Source: Podarcis tiliguerta | Taxonomy: Eukaryota | Direction: 5' to 3' (one strand) | Length of the DNA stretch: 64,000 nt | Assembly (NCBI GenBank): GCA_965153285.1 | Contig: OZ229111.1 | Shown here: positions 60,829 through 64,000 of the stretch, piece by piece | How the letters are laid out: every line of letters starts with the position of its first letter | Numbering within the stretch: the stretch's first letter is position 1 | Program-made: the position numbers and the translations under genes | The notes under the pieces: generated by a model | Told to the model about the DNA's origin: nothing | What the model saw: only the letters and a program-made list of their open reading frames with translations | The model's database searches: none

Positions 60829-63800
60829 TAATTTGGCCCAGGAGAAGGCTACAAATTTAAGGGGAGTGCCAGCAAGGAGGGGCTGTTTCATCCCTTCTCT
60901 CTTAGGGCCATTTTCCCCCCCCTGCTCAAAATTTCTCCAGTCTGCCTTTTCTCTGCAGCAGGAAAATATGTAGATATCCTGGTATCTTGAAATAAAATTA
61001 AAATAAAGTAAGGATCTTCTATATTCTGAAAAATGGGGATGGCATCCAATGAATGTTGCTGTACTGTTTGAAGGCATCTACCTGTGTGGAACAGCGAGAA
61101 AGGCTATGTTTATCATTCCTCTTCAATATCTCCACCCTTAAAAACTCTGCACTAGAGGATCTTCCATCCCACTGGAGCAGATTTGGGGAAGGGGAGGGAG
61201 GGGGAGGGCAGAAGGCTACATTGAGAGGAGTCATGAAAAATCCCCCCCCCCATCCTGCTGCAAAGTGCCTTCAGTCAGCACAGCAATAGCCCCTGAGAAA
61301 CAGCCATTGGATTCTACCCGCTATTTATATCTCAGGTTTGTTTGTTTTTAAATTACTTTTTTTTAAAAAAAAGAAAAAGAAATATGTGGTGAATTTATTA
61401 GCTTTCCTTCAAAAGTAGGTCCTAACTTCTCTTTTATAACTTCTCTTATAAAAGCATAGCTGTGTTATTGCATTAGAATTTTCAATATACCGTAATGCAC
61501 TTCAAATATTTTCACAGGGTGTTCCTTATTGTTACACAAAAGAGAAAACTTAATGTAATTTGAACATAATAGCTGCTATTCTTCTTACATTGGTCCAAGG
61601 GCTACTTCACACTGCTTTCAATTTTCTTTTCTTTTTTTCAGTTCACAATGCCTAAGATTCATTGTGTTCATGCCTTGGATCACTTTTCAAAGCCTCATCT
61701 TGCAAGAATCTTTTCAGTCCTCTTTCTGGTGGCGTTCAGCCAGCAGGTGTCAAGAACGGATGGGAACTGTAACAGCCTTCAAAGAGTTGCTTTTTCACCT
61801 TGATCCATCCTTACCTTTAGAATCCAGTCATCCAGTTTGGTCACTTTTTCATGTCATGAAGTTGTCCTTGATTGGCTCAGTTTAAGACACCTGAAACTAG
61901 TTAATAGTGCCATCCTACTGCAATCCTATACATGTATACTCAAAAATAAGTCCTGTTGAGTCCTAAGGTAATCATTTACAGAACTGAAGCCTAAGTTATG
62001 TATACATATATGTTTTAAGTATGTGGAAGCCAATGTGATGGAGTCGTTAGATTGCTGGACTAAGGATTAGGGATCTGGGAGGCCCAGGTTAAAATCTTGA
62101 CTCTGCCATGAAGATCACTGGGTGGCCTTGGGCCAGTCATTGCCTCTCAGGCTAATGTACCTCACAAGGTGGTCATACGGATAAAATGAGGAGGGGGAGA
62201 GACTTGGAGGAAAAGTGGGATATAAATGTGATAACTATAAATAATGCAATATGGCAATCAGACTTTGGGGCAGATAGCTATGGTGAGAAACACACGTCTT
62301 GCTGGAGTTTAATTCATTTGTATGCTGCTACTCCATTCTGCTCTCTCAGTGCCAGCGCTGGTCCAACCCTTTGTGGATATAAGACTCCTCAGGGAGCCTA
62401 CATTATTACTGATATATTAATTACCTAATGCCAAGGAGCCAAATCAAGAGCATGTGGAAAGGCAGAAGGAAGGAATTATAACTGTATAATATTTCATCCA
62501 CAGAGATGATGGCTTGGCTCAGTTACAGAATACATCACTGACAAGATTTAGGAAACCCTCTATATGCTTGTTATAATTTGTACATAAGCTGTGGACCTTT
62601 TTTAAATTTACAAATGGAAATAATTTCAGGGCATGTGGCATGACAAAACAAAAGTAATAATCCAAAGCTACAATTCCCTTCCTAGGCAGATAAAGAAAGA
62701 TCTAGATTTACTTCTGCATGTGTTTGAAAATCAAATGTACCAGTAAATGTTCATTCTGAGTCTTTAAGACCCCAACCCAAAAAAAGTCCGCTTACTCCAT
62801 GCAATTTCAACTTGCTTTGCTGTTCTCCAAAGTCCACAGTTCACAAAATGTTGCCACTTAGTTTATCTCTCAGCCTCAACTCCTCATCTATCAAACTAGA
62901 AAAGGCTTCATTGATGAGGACTTTTAAATTTCCTTGTCCCTGAATGTTTAAGCCACTTAAACTCAGCGTTCGAAACTCCCATTGTTCTAGGCACATTTTA
63001 CGACAGCGGATTTCATTAGCGTGAGCACATTCTGAGCTCTGGGTGCAGTACTGCGCCAAAGATTTCAGATTAAAACTGCAAAATGGAGGGAAAGGAGGAC
63101 ATTTTTCTGCCTCCCCACTTGCAGCTACTCTCTGAAGACTGGAGATGAGACCCTCTTAAGAATATTTGGGGGGGTGGGCAGGGGAAGGACTAGACTAGAC
63201 CATGTAAAAAATGAACGTATTTTAGCTGCAGTTTGTTCATTTTCTGCTTTGTATTCTTGCTATAAAAAGTGTGCCTAGAGACATTCCGTTGTTGCACCCA
63301 TAACCTAGGTTTAAGGTGCCATTTAGCTTCTCGCTTTCATATCTTAGTTTCTAACCCTGTTTAAACTGCATGATGAAATTCATCACCAAATGCTATTAAA
63401 ATAACTTCATCCGATGCCATAGAATATATTGGGGTTTTTTTAAAAGTCACACAGGGCTTCCTTTGTGCAAGAGAAATATAAAAGAATCTGAAATTAAAAA
63501 GAATCCAGGTATTCTTATATCTGAATTTACAACATGCAATTCAGACTCACAACACAGCAGCCTTGAAAGATGACATGAATTCCATGTGGAAATCATGCAT
63601 GTTGGTGCACATCTATTTACCTAAGCATATGTGACTCCAAACTACTCTTCTGTTTCTGCATCAGTGCATTGGAAGGTCTGCAGAAAGGTCAATGATCATT
63701 TGATCAGATTTCAGCTGACGAGCCAAGAGGAATCTGGCCTTTAAAGGAACCAGGCTTAAAATCATGCGGCTTTGCTTGTTACACAATTAAATTATGCACT

Positions 63801-64000
63801 CCAATGCAGTATTTCAGAGTTGGCACAAAACTCCCCAGACTGTATTAAAAATATCTCTTTTCTCAATCCATCTTCTAATCTAAAGTGACATACCTGCAGG
63901 GCTTGGGAAGCATGCTGGCTCCTCTTACTGGTGAGCCTGGAGTATTTTCCCTGATTAAGCATCCATGCTAAGGAGCTCATGCCACATCTTCTCCTTAAAA

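Noticed and set aside
46500-64000. A hidden plus-strand protein-coding gene
   Set aside because: Candidate exons (for example 50761-50861, and acceptors near 56676 and 61641) did not join into a coherent ORF or resemble any protein I recognise.

Overview
Eukaryotic genomic DNA from a squamate reptile, most likely a lacertid lizard (Sauria SINEs, CR1 and L2 LINE fragments, many hAT and Tc1/mariner MITEs). It holds two convergent intron-containing genes, both reconstructed by hand from splice sites. (1) A complete 14-exon transketolase gene (TKT, + strand, ATG 541 to TAG 35980, 1884 nt CDS, 627 aa, all introns GT-AG) with a CpG-island promoter and an AATAAA at 36106. (2) TMEM40 on the - strand (9 coding exons found, likely ATG 46432 to TAA 39660, about 170 aa), with several candidate upstream non-coding exons out to about 63.9 kb. 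Nearly all listed six-frame ORFs are spurious, intron read-through or TE remnants. The most notable non-gene structures are a TA-flanked TcMar MITE in TKT intron 1 carrying about 5.3 tandem 99-bp CpG-rich units built from nested palindromes, a perfect NRF2/sMAF ARE with an AP-1 cluster in TKT intron 4, a GC-shifted MITE remnant in the TKT promoter, a promoter-like island inside a TMEM40 intron, and two local inverted duplications. No CRISPR array, rRNA or tRNA gene was found, and the sequence alone does not support a wholly new gene system.
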